A stretch of DNA of 64,000 bases from Marivita sp. (GTDB lineage: Bacteria; Pseudomonadota; Alphaproteobacteria; Rhodobacterales; Rhodobacteraceae): the NCBI RefSeq assembly GCF_022763305.1, contig NZ_JALEGT010000093.1, positions 461 through 64,460 of the forward strand, read 5' to 3'. Position numbers and translations under genes: made by a program. Below the pieces are notes generated by a model that searched no databases, was not told the origin of the DNA, and worked only from the letters and a program-made list of their open reading frames with translations. Of the stretch, positions 9,809-19,252 are shown piece by piece; the stretch's first letter is position 1; every line of letters begins with the position of its first letter.

Positions 9809-11266
9809 ATGACGAAAACCCTGATCCATGGCGCCGAGGTGCTTGTCGGGAACGACCAGTTTGCCGAGGTGTCGCTTATGATCGACGGCGACCGGATCGC
9901 GGCGATCCTGCCCAAGGGTGAAACCGTTACGGACGCCAAGGCACTGGATGCCAGCGGTCGCCTGATCATCCCCGGCCTTGTCAACGGACACACCCATTCG
10001 CATGGCGCACTGTCGCGCGGCGGTGTGCCGGATGATGCCACTCTTGAGACATTTCTGTCCGGGTCCGCATGGTTGAACGCCAACCGCAGCCATGACGATC
10101 TGTCACTTTGCGCGCAGCTGTCGGCGGTCGAGCTGATCCGCAAGGGCTGCACCGCCTGTTTCGACCTCTTCATCGAATTGCCCGGTCCGACGGTCGATGG
10201 CACCCATACCGTGGCCCATGCCTATCACGAGGTGGGCTTGCGCGCGGTCGTTGCGCCGATGATCGCGGACCAGACGATTTATCAGGCGCTGCCGGGGCTG
10301 CTCGACGCCTTCGACGGCCCGCTGAAAGACGCGGTGGCGGCGCTGAGCCTGCCGGATTGGGACAGCACGATGGCCGTCTGTTCCGAGGCGCTGCGCGACT
10401 GGCCGGTGCCCATGGATCGGGTGCGGCCGGGGATCGGGCCGACCATTCCGCTGCATTGCTCGGATCCGTTCCTGCAGGCCTGTGCGCGCCTCTCGGACGA
10501 CATCGGTGTGCCGCTTCAGACCCATCTGGCCGAAACGCGCATGCAGCAGATCATGGCGCAGCGCAAATACGGCACCTCGCTGGCAGAACACCTGTCTGAG
10601 CTTGGCGTGCTGTCGCCCCGCTTCAGCGGCGCGCATGGTGTCTGGCTGTCTGATGTGGAGATGGAGCTCCTCGCCGAAGCTGAGGCTGGCATCTCGCACA
10701 ATCCGATGAGCAATCTGCGGATCGGGTCAGGTATCGCACCCGTGCGCCGTATGGCAGATGCGGGCGTGACCATGGGCATCGGCACCGATGCCAGCAACAC
10801 CTCGGACGGGCAGAACATGTTCGAGGCGACCCGCCTTGCTGCCACCCTCAGCCGCGCCCAGAGCATCGACAGCACCGAGTGGGTCCGCACGCGCGAGGCG
10901 TTCGACATGGCGACGACCGGCAGCGCACGGCTGTTGGGGTTCGACAGGCTTGGGCAGATCGCCGAAGGCTGGCTCGCTGACCTTGTTTTCCTTGACGCGG
11001 GCTATTGCCACTACACGCCCCGACGCGCCCTGCTCGACCAGATCGTGTTCGCCGAAACCGGCGCCGCCGTGCGCGAGGTGATGATCGCGGGCCGGATGGT
11101 TTTCGCCGGGGATCGCATCCTGACGCTGGACGAGACCGCCCTGCGCAGCCGCGCCCTTGCCGCCGCCGAACGGATCACCCACGCCAATGCCGAGGCCCGC
11201 GTGATGAACGCCGCTGCCGCCGCAGTCGTCAAAGGCTTCTGCCTGCGCAACTGTGCTGCCCACTGA
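9809..11266 (+). CDS. Metal-dependent amidohydrolase (Atz/Trz/SsnA-type deaminase family)
   Basis: IPGLVNGHTHSH, QTHLAE, GAHGVW, HNPMSNLRIGSG, GTD motifs. Confidence 0.88.
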   Translation: MTKTLIHGAEVLVGNDQFAEVSLMIDGDRIAAILPKGETVTDAKALDASGRLIIPGLVNGHTHSHGALSRGGVPDDATLETFLSGSAWLNANRSHDDLSLCAQLSAVELIRKGCTACFDLFIELPGPTVDGTHTVAHAYHEVGLRAVVAPMIADQTIYQALPGLLDAFDGPLKDAVAALSLPDWDSTMAVCSEALRDWPVPMDRVRPGIGPTIPLHCSDPFLQACARLSDDIGVPLQTHLAETRMQQIMAQRKYGTSLAEHLSELGVLSPRFSGAHGVWLSDVEMELLAEAEAGISHNPMSNLRIGSGIAPVRRMADAGVTMGIGTDASNTSDGQNMFEATRLAATLSRAQSIDSTEWVRTREAFDMATTGSARLLGFDRLGQIAEGWLADLVFLDAGYCHYTPRRALLDQIVFAETGAAVREVMIAGRMVFAGDRILTLDETALRSRALAAAERITHANAEARVMNAAAAAVVKGFCLRNCAAH

Positions 11267-11285
11267 CCCCATGAAGGAGGACCAC

Positions 11286-11711
11286 ATGGACCAGAAAACC
11301 GATCCCGCCACCGCCGCAAAGGCCATCGTCGAGGCCTATCTCGAACGCTCGATGGTGCCCGATCCCGAGGGCGCGCGGGCCTATGTGTCCGACGATTTCG
11401 ACATCACCTTCACCGGCGGGCGCAAGTTCACCGGACCGCACGAAACCTCCGCCTTCAACGCCAAACGCTACAAATGGGTGAAAAAGAAATTCCTGCGCAC
11501 CGATGCGGCCTACGATCCGGCGACGGGGGATGTCCATGTGTACAACACGGGCTATCTTTACGGCGAATGGCATGATGGAACGACGTTCGAGACCAACCGC
11601 TACATGGACAGCTTCGTTGTTCGCAACGGTCAGATCGTCAGCACCCATGTCTGGAATGACAGCGCAGAAATCCTGCTGGACAAGGCAGGCTTGGCCGAGG
11701 CCCCTTTATGA
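11286..11711 (+). CDS. SnoaL/NTF2-like fold protein
   Basis: AAGGAGG RBS before ATG 11286; GYLYGEWHDGTTFETNRYMDSFVVRNGQIVSTHVWNDSAE. Confidence 0.75.
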   Translation: MDQKTDPATAAKAIVEAYLERSMVPDPEGARAYVSDDFDITFTGGRKFTGPHETSAFNAKRYKWVKKKFLRTDAAYDPATGDVHVYNTGYLYGEWHDGTTFETNRYMDSFVVRNGQIVSTHVWNDSAEILLDKAGLAEAPL

Positions 11712-12595
11712 TCCAACTGCCGACCCACGACCGGTACGACTACAGCGCCATCACGGACCGCCCGGACTTCACATGGCCGAACGGGAAACGGCTGGCGGTC
11801 TATATCGGGCTGAACCTTGAACATTTCGCCTTTGGCGAGGGGTTGGGCGCGGAACTGGCCCCCGGCGGTCCGCAGCCTGACGTGCTCAACTACGCGTGGC
11901 GCGACTATGGCAACCGTGTCGGCGCGTGGCGGATGCTCGATCTGTTCAACGCGCTGGATCTGCCCGTAAGCGTGCTGGCCAATTCGGTGATGTATGACTA
12001 CGCGCCCGATCTGATGGCCGCCTACAGCGCGCGCGGAGACGAGATCGTGGGCCACGGGCGGACCAATTCGGAACGGCAAAGCTTGCTGTCCCCTGCGGAA
12101 GAAGAAGCCCTGATCATTGAAGCCACGGATGTCCTGACCAAAGCAGAAAGCAAATCGCCAAAAGGCTGGCTGTCGCCCTGGATCGCGGAAAGCCGGGTGA
12201 CGCCGGACCTGCTGAAGAAGGTGGGCTACACCTACACGCTCAACTGGTGCATGGATGACCAGCCCGTGTGGATGCGCACCGAACATGGCCCGCTTCTGTC
12301 GATCCCCTATCCGCAGGAAGCGAACGACATCCCGTCCATCGTGGCACGCAAGGATGGCGCTGCAGCGTTTGCCGACATCCTGATCGACACTTTCGACGAG
12401 ATGCTGGAACAGTCCAAAGCACAGTCTTTGGTGATGGGTATTGCCCTGCACCCCTATCTGGTCGGCCAGCCTTACCGCCTGCGTCACCTGCGCCGCGCAT
12501 TGACGCATATCTGCGCACACCGCGACGACATCTGGATCACGCAGGCCGGAGCTGTCTACGACGCCTTTGCCGCCCTGCGCCCGCCGCAAGCGTGA
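11708..12595 (+). CDS. Carbohydrate esterase 4 / PuuE-like ring-opening hydrolase
   Basis: WPNGKRLAV, YAWRDYGNRVGAWR, EIVGHG, GWLSPW, DDQP, IALHPYLVGQPYR. Confidence 0.85.
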   Translation: MIQLPTHDRYDYSAITDRPDFTWPNGKRLAVYIGLNLEHFAFGEGLGAELAPGGPQPDVLNYAWRDYGNRVGAWRMLDLFNALDLPVSVLANSVMYDYAPDLMAAYSARGDEIVGHGRTNSERQSLLSPAEEEALIIEATDVLTKAESKSPKGWLSPWIAESRVTPDLLKKVGYTYTLNWCMDDQPVWMRTEHGPLLSIPYPQEANDIPSIVARKDGAAAFADILIDTFDEMLEQSKAQSLVMGIALHPYLVGQPYRLRHLRRALTHICAHRDDIWITQAGAVYDAFAALRPPQA

Positions 12596-13142
12596 TCCTT
12601 GTCGAAACAGGTCGCCCATCGGTTTGATAGGTAGTTCAGCATGGTCTCGGCCCCGGAGCGGTCAAGCGGAACGCCCGGAGGATTGTCCTTGAACCCCGGT
12701 TCGCTGAACATCTGTTCGATCCGGCAATCCTCGACATACATCGCGTAGCGCCAGCTGCGCAGGCCCATGCCGTTGCTGGTCCGTTCGACCAGCATGCCCA
12801 TCTTGCGGGTGAATTCGCCATTGCCGTCCGGCAGCATGCGGACCTTTTCGATGTTCCGGGACAGCGCCCATTGGTGCATCACGAAGGCATCGTTGACCGA
12901 CAGGCAGATCACCTCGTCGATGCCCAGCGCGCGGAAGCTGTCATACTGGGCCTCAAAACCGGGAAGGTGATTTTCGGAACAGGCCGGTGTGAAGGCACCG
13001 GGCACGCCGAACAAAACAATCCGCTTGCCCGCGAACACGTCGTCTGTGGTCACCTGCTTCCATTCGAACGGGTTGGGACCGTCCAGCGCGCGTTGCGCAC
13101 ACGAGTGTGAAAAAGGGCGTCGGGAACGGTTTGGGGGTGCAT
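12556..13142 (-). pseudogene. Peroxiredoxin (Prx5/AhpC-TSA type), frameshifted near codon 18
   Basis: GGAAAGG RBS then ATG 13142 reads MHPQTVPDALFHTRVRN; the conserved ALDGPNPFEW...VPGAFTPACS...SVNDAFVM...GLRSWRYAM body is in another frame. One base appears missing at ~13086-13092. Could be a sequencing error. Confidence 0.75.
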
Positions 13143-13232
13143 GTCGGGCCTTTCCAGATGTGCTCCAGACAGGCTTTACGCCAAGTCGTGTCGTCCGTCG
13201 ATCACCTGTTCCATGGTCCTGTGCCGATGTCG

Positions 13233-13274
13233 AAAGGTCCCCCGACGCGTCATGGCACATCGGGGGTGCTTTTT
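13233..13274. terminator. Hairpin downstream of the potD-like gene, possibly a bidirectional terminator
   Basis: CCCCCGA...TCGGGGG stem flanked by AAAGG and GCTTTTT. Confidence 0.55.
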
Positions 13275-14311
13275 CACTTCTTCAGGTTGGTCCAGATCTG
13301 GTCGTAGACCTCTTGCGTGGCTTGATCGCAGACCTCGATGAACACGCCGGCCCCGGCGCTTGCGGGCGGGTTGCTTTCGGGCTGGGTGGCCAGCGTCGGA
13401 TCAAGGAAGTCGCCCACACCCGTGACACCCGCGTTATAGCGCGCGTAGTTGGTGACGGCGGCGATGTTCTCGGGTTCCAGAAGGAAGTCCATGAATTTGA
13501 TCGCGTTGTCGCGGTTCGGCGCATCCTTGAGCAAGACGACGTTGTCCATCCAGACGATGTAGCCCTGCGACGGGAAGGCGTATTCGATATTGGCGCCCTC
13601 TTCGCGGCCCTTGGCGGCAAAGCCATCATAGATCTGGCCGACCGCGGCATCACCCGACACCAGCACCTCTTTCGCGGTGTCCGAGTTGAAGGACGCCCAA
13701 TGGGTCTTGGCCTCTTGCAGCATGTCGTTCAGCGCCTTGAGCTGATCGCGGTCGGTGGAACATTGCGGGATGCCCATGTGCAGCGCCGCCATTGCCAGCA
13801 CTTCGCCCTGACTGTCGAGCATGTTGATCTTGCCCGACAGCTCGGCCGGAGGATTGAACAGGATGTCCGTGGTGCCGATGTCGCCTGTAAAGACGTCACG
13901 GTTCACGGCAAAGGAGGTCGACCCCCACTGATACGGGATCGAGTGCTGCCGACCCGGATCGAAGGACGGATCGGCCCATTCCGGCGCGATATTGCCCTTG
14001 TTGGACAGCTCTCCGTCGGCAATCGTATCAAGCAGACCCTCGCCCGCCATGATCTGCACCATGTAGTCGCCCGGCACCGCCACGTCATAGGTGCCGATGG
14101 CCCCGGCCTTGAGCGATGCGAGCAATGCTTCGTTGCTGTCATAGGTGTCCATGACCACCTCGACGCCGTAGTCTTCGCTGAATCTGTCCAGCAATTCCTG
14201 CGGGATGTACTCGAACCAGTGGTAGATCACCAGTTTGCCCTCGGCCGCTGCGGCCCCGGCTGTCAGCGCCAGCGCGCTTGCTGCGACGGTGGTCTTGAGA
14301 AATGTCTTCAT
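13274..14311 (-). CDS. Polyamine/biogenic-amine ABC transporter substrate-binding protein (PotD/PotF family)
   Basis: Signal peptide; LVIYHWFEYIP, YDSNE, VPGDYMV, SIPYQWGST, IVWMDN. Start ATG 14311. Confidence 0.9.
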   Translation of the reverse strand: MKTFLKTTVAASALALTAGAAAAEGKLVIYHWFEYIPQELLDRFSEDYGVEVVMDTYDSNEALLASLKAGAIGTYDVAVPGDYMVQIMAGEGLLDTIADGELSNKGNIAPEWADPSFDPGRQHSIPYQWGSTSFAVNRDVFTGDIGTTDILFNPPAELSGKINMLDSQGEVLAMAALHMGIPQCSTDRDQLKALNDMLQEAKTHWASFNSDTAKEVLVSGDAAVGQIYDGFAAKGREEGANIEYAFPSQGYIVWMDNVVLLKDAPNRDNAIKFMDFLLEPENIAAVTNYARYNAGVTGVGDFLDPTLATQPESNPPASAGAGVFIEVCDQATQEVYDQIWTNLKK

Positions 14312-14364
14312 GGTCAGTCCCCTGTTGGTTGATGCCCGTGTGGGCCGAGTTGGTTGCGCCACGC

Positions 14365-15393
14365 TCAGTGGCCTTGGAATCCTTCCAGCACGTTCACGGT
14401 GTTGATCCCGATTTCCGCGATGTCGTAGCCGCCCTCCATCACAAAGAGCGTCGGCAGGCCTGCAGCCGCGATGTCCGCGCCCATCGTGATGAAATCCGGT
14501 GAGGTGAGTTTGAAAAAGCTGATCGGATCGGTCGCGAACGTATCGACCCCAAGCGACACGATCAGGGCGTCCGGTGCATAATCCGCGATCCGCTCCAAGG
14601 CTGTGGCGAGCGCGGTGCGCCATACGTTAAAGCCGGTTCCGCGCGGCATCGGCAGGTTGAGCGTAAAGCCTTCGCCCGCGCCCGAACCGGTTTCGTTGGC
14701 ATAGCCGAGAAAGTAGGGAAACGCCTCCTCCGGAGTACCATGCAGCGAGATGAACAGAACATCATCCCTATCGTAGAAGATGTCCTGCGTGCCGTTGCCA
14801 TGGTGGAAGTCCACGTCGAGGATGGCGACGCGCGCCATGCCTGTGTCGCGCAGATGCTGGGCCGCGATGGCGGCGTTGTTGAAGAAGCAATAGCCGCCGT
14901 AAAGGTCCTTTGCCGCATGGTGCCCCGGCGGGCGGCAGAGTGCGAAACAGCCGCGCGCGCCGGTGCGCAGACGCTCCGCCCCGGTCAGGGCGACATGGAC
15001 ACTTGAAAGCGCGGCCTGCCATGTGCCTTGCGTGATGCTGGTCTCGGCAGCAAGCGCATAATAGCCCAACTGCCCGTCGATGCCCGAGGGGCGCGTCTGC
15101 ACCATCCGGCGCGCGGGCCATGTGCCTGCAATCGCCTCGCCCTTGAACCCGGCGGCCTGCCAGCGGTCCCATGCGGAGTGCAGGAAGTCGACGTAGTCGG
15201 CATCGTGCACCGCCAGGATCGGCTTCATGCCAAAGCTGTCGGGCGCCGTGATCGGCCCAAGACCCACCTCGGTCAGCCGCTCATGGATATAGTCCAGCCG
15301 CGACGGGCGTTCGAACGGGTAGACCAGTTGCCCGCCATATAGCTCCGTCTGGGCGTCGCGCAGTTTGTGGTCTTCGGAGTAGATCGTTTCCAT
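14365..15393 (-). CDS. Acetylpolyamine amidohydrolase (HDAC family, AphA-like)
   Basis: FERPSR, ALCRPPGHHA, GGYCFFNN, DVDFHHGNGTQ, SLGVDT, EGGY. Start ATG 15393. Confidence 0.9.
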   Translation of the reverse strand: METIYSEDHKLRDAQTELYGGQLVYPFERPSRLDYIHERLTEVGLGPITAPDSFGMKPILAVHDADYVDFLHSAWDRWQAAGFKGEAIAGTWPARRMVQTRPSGIDGQLGYYALAAETSITQGTWQAALSSVHVALTGAERLRTGARGCFALCRPPGHHAAKDLYGGYCFFNNAAIAAQHLRDTGMARVAILDVDFHHGNGTQDIFYDRDDVLFISLHGTPEEAFPYFLGYANETGSGAGEGFTLNLPMPRGTGFNVWRTALATALERIADYAPDALIVSLGVDTFATDPISFFKLTSPDFITMGADIAAAGLPTLFVMEGGYDIAEIGINTVNVLEGFQGH

Positions 15394-16204
15394 CAGCGTC
15401 CCTCTGCCGGATCCCGGCGTCCGATCAGCCAGGACAACGCGACCATGACGATGGACACCGCCAGCAGAAGCGTTGCATGGCCATGATGTTGGGCTTGATG
15501 CCCTGTTTGACCGCGCCAAAGATCGCGGTGGGAAGGGTCTCGACCCCCGCGCCTTTGACGAAATTGGTGATGATGAAGTCATCGAGCGAGATGATGAAGG
15601 CAAGGATGAACCCTGACACGATCCCCGGCATCATCAGCGGCAAGAGGATACGAGTAAACGCCTGCCGCTTGGTGGCGTAAAGGTCCATCGCGGCCTGCTC
15701 GTACGTGGCTTCGATCCCCTGCATCCGCGCGGAAATCGGCATATAGGCGAAGGGAATGCAGAAGGCGATGTGCGCCAGCAGGATGGTCATCAGCCCGCGT
15801 TCGATCGCGATGGCGTTGAAGAAGATCAGGGTGGCAACGGCCGTGACGATCTCGGGCACCATGAGCGGCAAAGAGATCAGGCCGATGGAGACCGTGCGCA
15901 ACCGGAACGTACCGGCGCGCAGGACGGCGGTGGCGGCAAGTGTTGCGATGATGGTGGCCGTCGTGGCGGCGGTGATCGCGATGATGAAACTGTTCCACGC
16001 CGCCTCTTTGAACTTGCCGCTTTCGGGGCCGGTGAACACGTCCACATACCAGCGCAGCGAGAATCCTTCCCAGATCGTGATCGAGGGGGAGTCGTTGAAG
16101 CTGTAGACCGCGACCACCACCAGCGGCGCGTAGAGGATCACGAGACAGAGCAGCGTGATGGCGAAAAAGCCCGGATAGCGGCGCAGGTCATAGGGTTTGG
16201 CCAT
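15393..16204 (-). CDS. Polyamine ABC permease PotC-like, apparent 1-nt frameshift near the 3' end
   Basis: [32 protein letters not shown]. Adding one base at 15476/15477 restores ...NIMA(I)[27 protein letters not shown] with a TGATG overlap onto the deacetylase start. Confidence 0.82.
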
Positions 16205-17124
16205 CACGCCGCCTCCTTCCGGCTTTGACGGGCAAAGACCATCAGCAGGATCAGCACCATCGTCAGAAGGATCATCGACGCGGCTGCGCCGAAAGGCCAG
16301 TTGCCTGCGTTGCCCTTGAACTGTTCCTCGATCAGCGACCCGATCATGAAGGTCCGCGCCCCGCCCAGAAGGTCCGGTGCGAGGAACGACCCGAGCGAGG
16401 GTACGAAGACAAGGATGCATCCCGCGATGATGCCCGGCTTGACCGACGGGATCACGATCCTGCGCAGCACCGCCCAGCGCGGGGCGTAAAGATCGGACGC
16501 CGCCTCGGACAGGGCGAAGTTGTAGCGCTCGACGGCGGCATAGATCGGCAGCACCATGAAGGGCAGGTAGGAGTAGAACAGCCCCAACTGCACGGCGAGG
16601 TTGGTGTTCACGAGACCCAAGGGCTCGGAAATGATGCCCAGCCCGATCAGCCCGTCATTCAACGGCCCTTCGTCGCGCAGCAGGAACTTCATCGACACGG
16701 TGCGGATGAGCAGGTTCACCCAATAGGGGATCGTCACCAGAAACACCCAGAACGCGCGTTGCCCTTCGGGGCGCGTGGCGATGAAATACGCGGTCGGAAA
16801 GCCGATCAGCAGGCTGAGGAACGTGGCCGCGCCCGCCTGCCAGATCGAGCGCCAGAAGATGCCGATATAGGTCCATTCGATTTTCGGTGGCTCGTCCCCG
16901 AAAAGGCCCCGGTCAAAGAAGAACTGGTCATAGGCGTCGAGGCTGAACTCCCAGATCACGCCGCCCCGGAATTCCTTGGTCAGGAAGGAATAGACCAGCA
17001 TGATCATCAACGGTGCGAGCGTCAGCAGACCCAGCGTCACCCAGGCGGGCAGCAACAGCAGCGTGCGCGCCTCGCGATAGGTTTCGCTCTGGACCGTGCC
17101 ACCTGTCGCGCCGCCCCCTGCCAT
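16204..17124 (-). CDS. Polyamine ABC permease PotB-like
   Basis: [47 protein letters not shown] overlaps at both ends. Confidence 0.9.
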   Translation of the reverse strand: MAGGGATGGTVQSETYREARTLLLLPAWVTLGLLTLAPLMIMLVYSFLTKEFRGGVIWEFSLDAYDQFFFDRGLFGDEPPKIEWTYIGIFWRSIWQAGAATFLSLLIGFPTAYFIATRPEGQRAFWVFLVTIPYWVNLLIRTVSMKFLLRDEGPLNDGLIGLGIISEPLGLVNTNLAVQLGLFYSYLPFMVLPIYAAVERYNFALSEAASDLYAPRWAVLRRIVIPSVKPGIIAGCILVFVPSLGSFLAPDLLGGARTFMIGSLIEEQFKGNAGNWPFGAAASMILLTMVLILLMVFARQSRKEAA

Positions 17125-18215
17125 CAGTCGATCAGGAGCCGTGCGGCCCCCGGCTCCATGTTGACGGCAACTTCGGTGCCCGGCTCGAAGATGCGCGCGT
17201 TTCCGCGCGAGGAATTGGACGAGCGCACGGTGAATTGCGGGCCGCCGTCCAGATCTACGATGGTGGCGATGTCGGTGCCGATATAGATCATCTCGCGCAC
17301 CCGCCCCTTGAGGCTTTCGTCCGCAACCGGGTCTGCCGACAGGAACAAGCGTTCCGGGCGTAGCGACATATGCACCTTGGCCCCCGGTCCGATCCCGTCC
17401 ACGGCATCGCAGGTCAACCTGTGCCCGCCGCCCAGATGGCACTGCGCGCGCCCATTCGAAACTACGTCCACCGTGACTTCCATCAGGTTCGTATCGCCAA
17501 TAAAGTCTGCGACAAAGACGTTGCGTGGACGTTCATAGATCTCGCGCGCTTCGCCCAGTTGCTGCAATTCGCCCGCCGACATGACCGCGATCCGGTCGGA
17601 CATGGTCAGCGCCTCTTCCTGGTCATGGGTGACAAAGATGAAGGTGATGCCGGTTTCGCGCTGCAGGTGCTTGAGTTCCACCTGCATCGCCTTGCGCAGC
17701 TTGAGGTCCAACGCAGACAGCGGTTCGTCCAGCAACAGCACCTTGGGCCGGGGTGCCAGTGCGCGGGCCAAGGCCACGCGTTGCTGTTGCCCCCCGGACA
17801 GTTGCGACGGCTTGCGCGCCGCGAATTGCGACAACTGCACCATCTCGAGCACCTCGCCCGCCCGTGTGCGGGCCTCGGCCTTGGACTTGCCCAGCATTTC
17901 AAGGCCGAACCCCACATTGTCGAGAACGGTCATATGCGGAAAAAGAGCGTAGTTCTGGAACACCGTGTTCACCGGGCGCTTGTGCGGCGGTAGGGTGTCG
18001 ATCTCGTCGCCATACAGATAGATCGCACCTTCGGTCACATCCTCGAACCCGGCGATCATCCGCAGGAGTGTGGTCTTGCCACAGCCCGAGGGGCCCAGAA
18101 GGGTGAAAAACTCGTTGTCCCGGATCGACAGGGAAATCGTCTTCAACGCCGTGAAGGTGCCATACCGCTTGACCGCGCCCTGCACGTCAATGGCGATGTC
18201 CCTGTCTTGCGGCAA
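17124..18215 (-). CDS. Polyamine ABC ATP-binding protein PotA-like
   Basis: GPSGCGKTT, VFQNYALFPH, LSGGQQQR, LLLDEPLSALD, C-terminal TOBE. Probable TTG start at 18215 after GGGGAC; start uncertain. Confidence 0.9.
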   Translation of the reverse strand: MPQDRDIAIDVQGAVKRYGTFTALKTISLSIRDNEFFTLLGPSGCGKTTLLRMIAGFEDVTEGAIYLYGDEIDTLPPHKRPVNTVFQNYALFPHMTVLDNVGFGLEMLGKSKAEARTRAGEVLEMVQLSQFAARKPSQLSGGQQQRVALARALAPRPKVLLLDEPLSALDLKLRKAMQVELKHLQRETGITFIFVTHDQEEALTMSDRIAVMSAGELQQLGEAREIYERPRNVFVADFIGDTNLMEVTVDVVSNGRAQCHLGGGHRLTCDAVDGIGPGAKVHMSLRPERLFLSADPVADESLKGRVREMIYIGTDIATIVDLDGGPQFTVRSSNSSRGNARIFEPGTEVAVNMEPGAARLLID

Positions 18216-18301
18216 ATCGGTGTCCCCAACCGGTGAAGTCTCTGGGACCGAGCGTAGAAACGAAGTGGCCTGCGCAGAAGACTTGTGTCCCTCAGCACTT
18301 G

Positions 18302-18316
18302 TTAGCCTTTGCCTAA
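18302..18316. promoter_or_regulatory. Putative LysR box 1 (TTAGCCTTTGCCTAA) upstream of the potA-like gene
   Basis: TAG-N7-CTA (T-N11-A) dyad; same TTAGC-N4-GCCTAA frame as at 23878 and 26092. Confidence 0.7.
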
Positions 18317-18366
18317 TTTCTTTTCGCAAATCGCCCGTTTTTTGGGCATTGCGTGTTAGGTTCTTC

Positions 18367-19242
18367 CTATCCAGACATCCCATCCAGCGTGCCCAGAAGG
18401 CCGTAGTGTTCGGGCCGACGGTCGCGGAAGACACCCCAATATGCTCGGTTGCGGGCCGTCGCGTCCAGATCGAAGGTATGGAGCAGCACGGTCTCGGTGG
18501 TCCGATCCGCTTCGGCCACCTTGGCGCCGAATTCGTCGGCAATGAAGGATGATCCGTAGAAGGTTATTTCGGTGCCATGCCGCCCCGGTTCCGTACCGAT
18601 GCGGTTCGAGGCGATCAGCGGCACAAGGTTGGCCCCCGCATGGCCCTGCTGGACACGTTGCCAATGCGGGGCGCTGTCCCACTCTTCGGCACCGATCTCC
18701 GACCCGATGGCAGTGGGGTAGAACAATAGCTCCGCGCCCTGCAACGCCATGGCACGTGCGCTTTCGGGAAACCATTGATCCCAGCAGATGCCCACGCCGA
18801 TCCGGCCATAGGCGGTCTCCCACACCCGAAACCCGGTGTCGCCCGGCGAGAAATGGTACTTCTCCTGATAGCCCGCGCCATGCGGAATATGCGTCTTGCG
18901 GTAGACACCCAATCGCGCGCCGTTTGCGTCGATCACGGCAACCGAATTGAACCGCGCCTGCCCCGCGAGTTCGTAAAACGACACCGGCAGCACGACCTTC
19001 AGGTCCGAGGCCAGCCTGGCAAACCGCTCGAGCGTGGGATGGTCAGCAGCGGGCCGGGCGCGGAACAGGTCTTCGGGGTCTTCGTCCTGACAGAAATAGC
19101 GGCTTTCGAACAATTCCTGCAGCAGGATGATCTGCGCGCCCTGAGCGGCGGCCTGCCGAACCAAAGCCTCTGCCCGGTCGATATTCTCTGGCTCACCCGC
19201 ACCACAGGCCATCTGTGTCGCGGCAACCGTGACCTGTCTCAT
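18367..19242 (-). CDS. aguB: N-carbamoylputrescine amidase (nitrilase superfamily)
   Basis: VAATQMAC, LLQELF, YRKTHIP..GYQEKYHFSPGDTGF, GICWDQWFPE, YPTAIGSE, FYGSSFI. Confidence 0.85.
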   Translation of the reverse strand: MRQVTVAATQMACGAGEPENIDRAEALVRQAAAQGAQIILLQELFESRYFCQDEDPEDLFRARPAADHPTLERFARLASDLKVVLPVSFYELAGQARFNSVAVIDANGARLGVYRKTHIPHGAGYQEKYHFSPGDTGFRVWETAYGRIGVGICWDQWFPESARAMALQGAELLFYPTAIGSEIGAEEWDSAPHWQRVQQGHAGANLVPLIASNRIGTEPGRHGTEITFYGSSFIADEFGAKVAEADRTTETVLLHTFDLDATARNRAYWGVFRDRRPEHYGLLGTLDGMSG

Positions 19243-19252
19243 CTTTCGCCCC

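Noticed and set aside
8536..10203. 555-aa minus-strand ORF
   Set aside because: Antisense to the binding protein and amidohydrolase; no motifs.
13143..13260. Upstream extension of the peroxiredoxin ORF (MCHDASG...) as the real N-terminus
   Set aside because: Begins inside a terminator-like hairpin with no RBS; the family-like N-terminus is in another frame at 13142.
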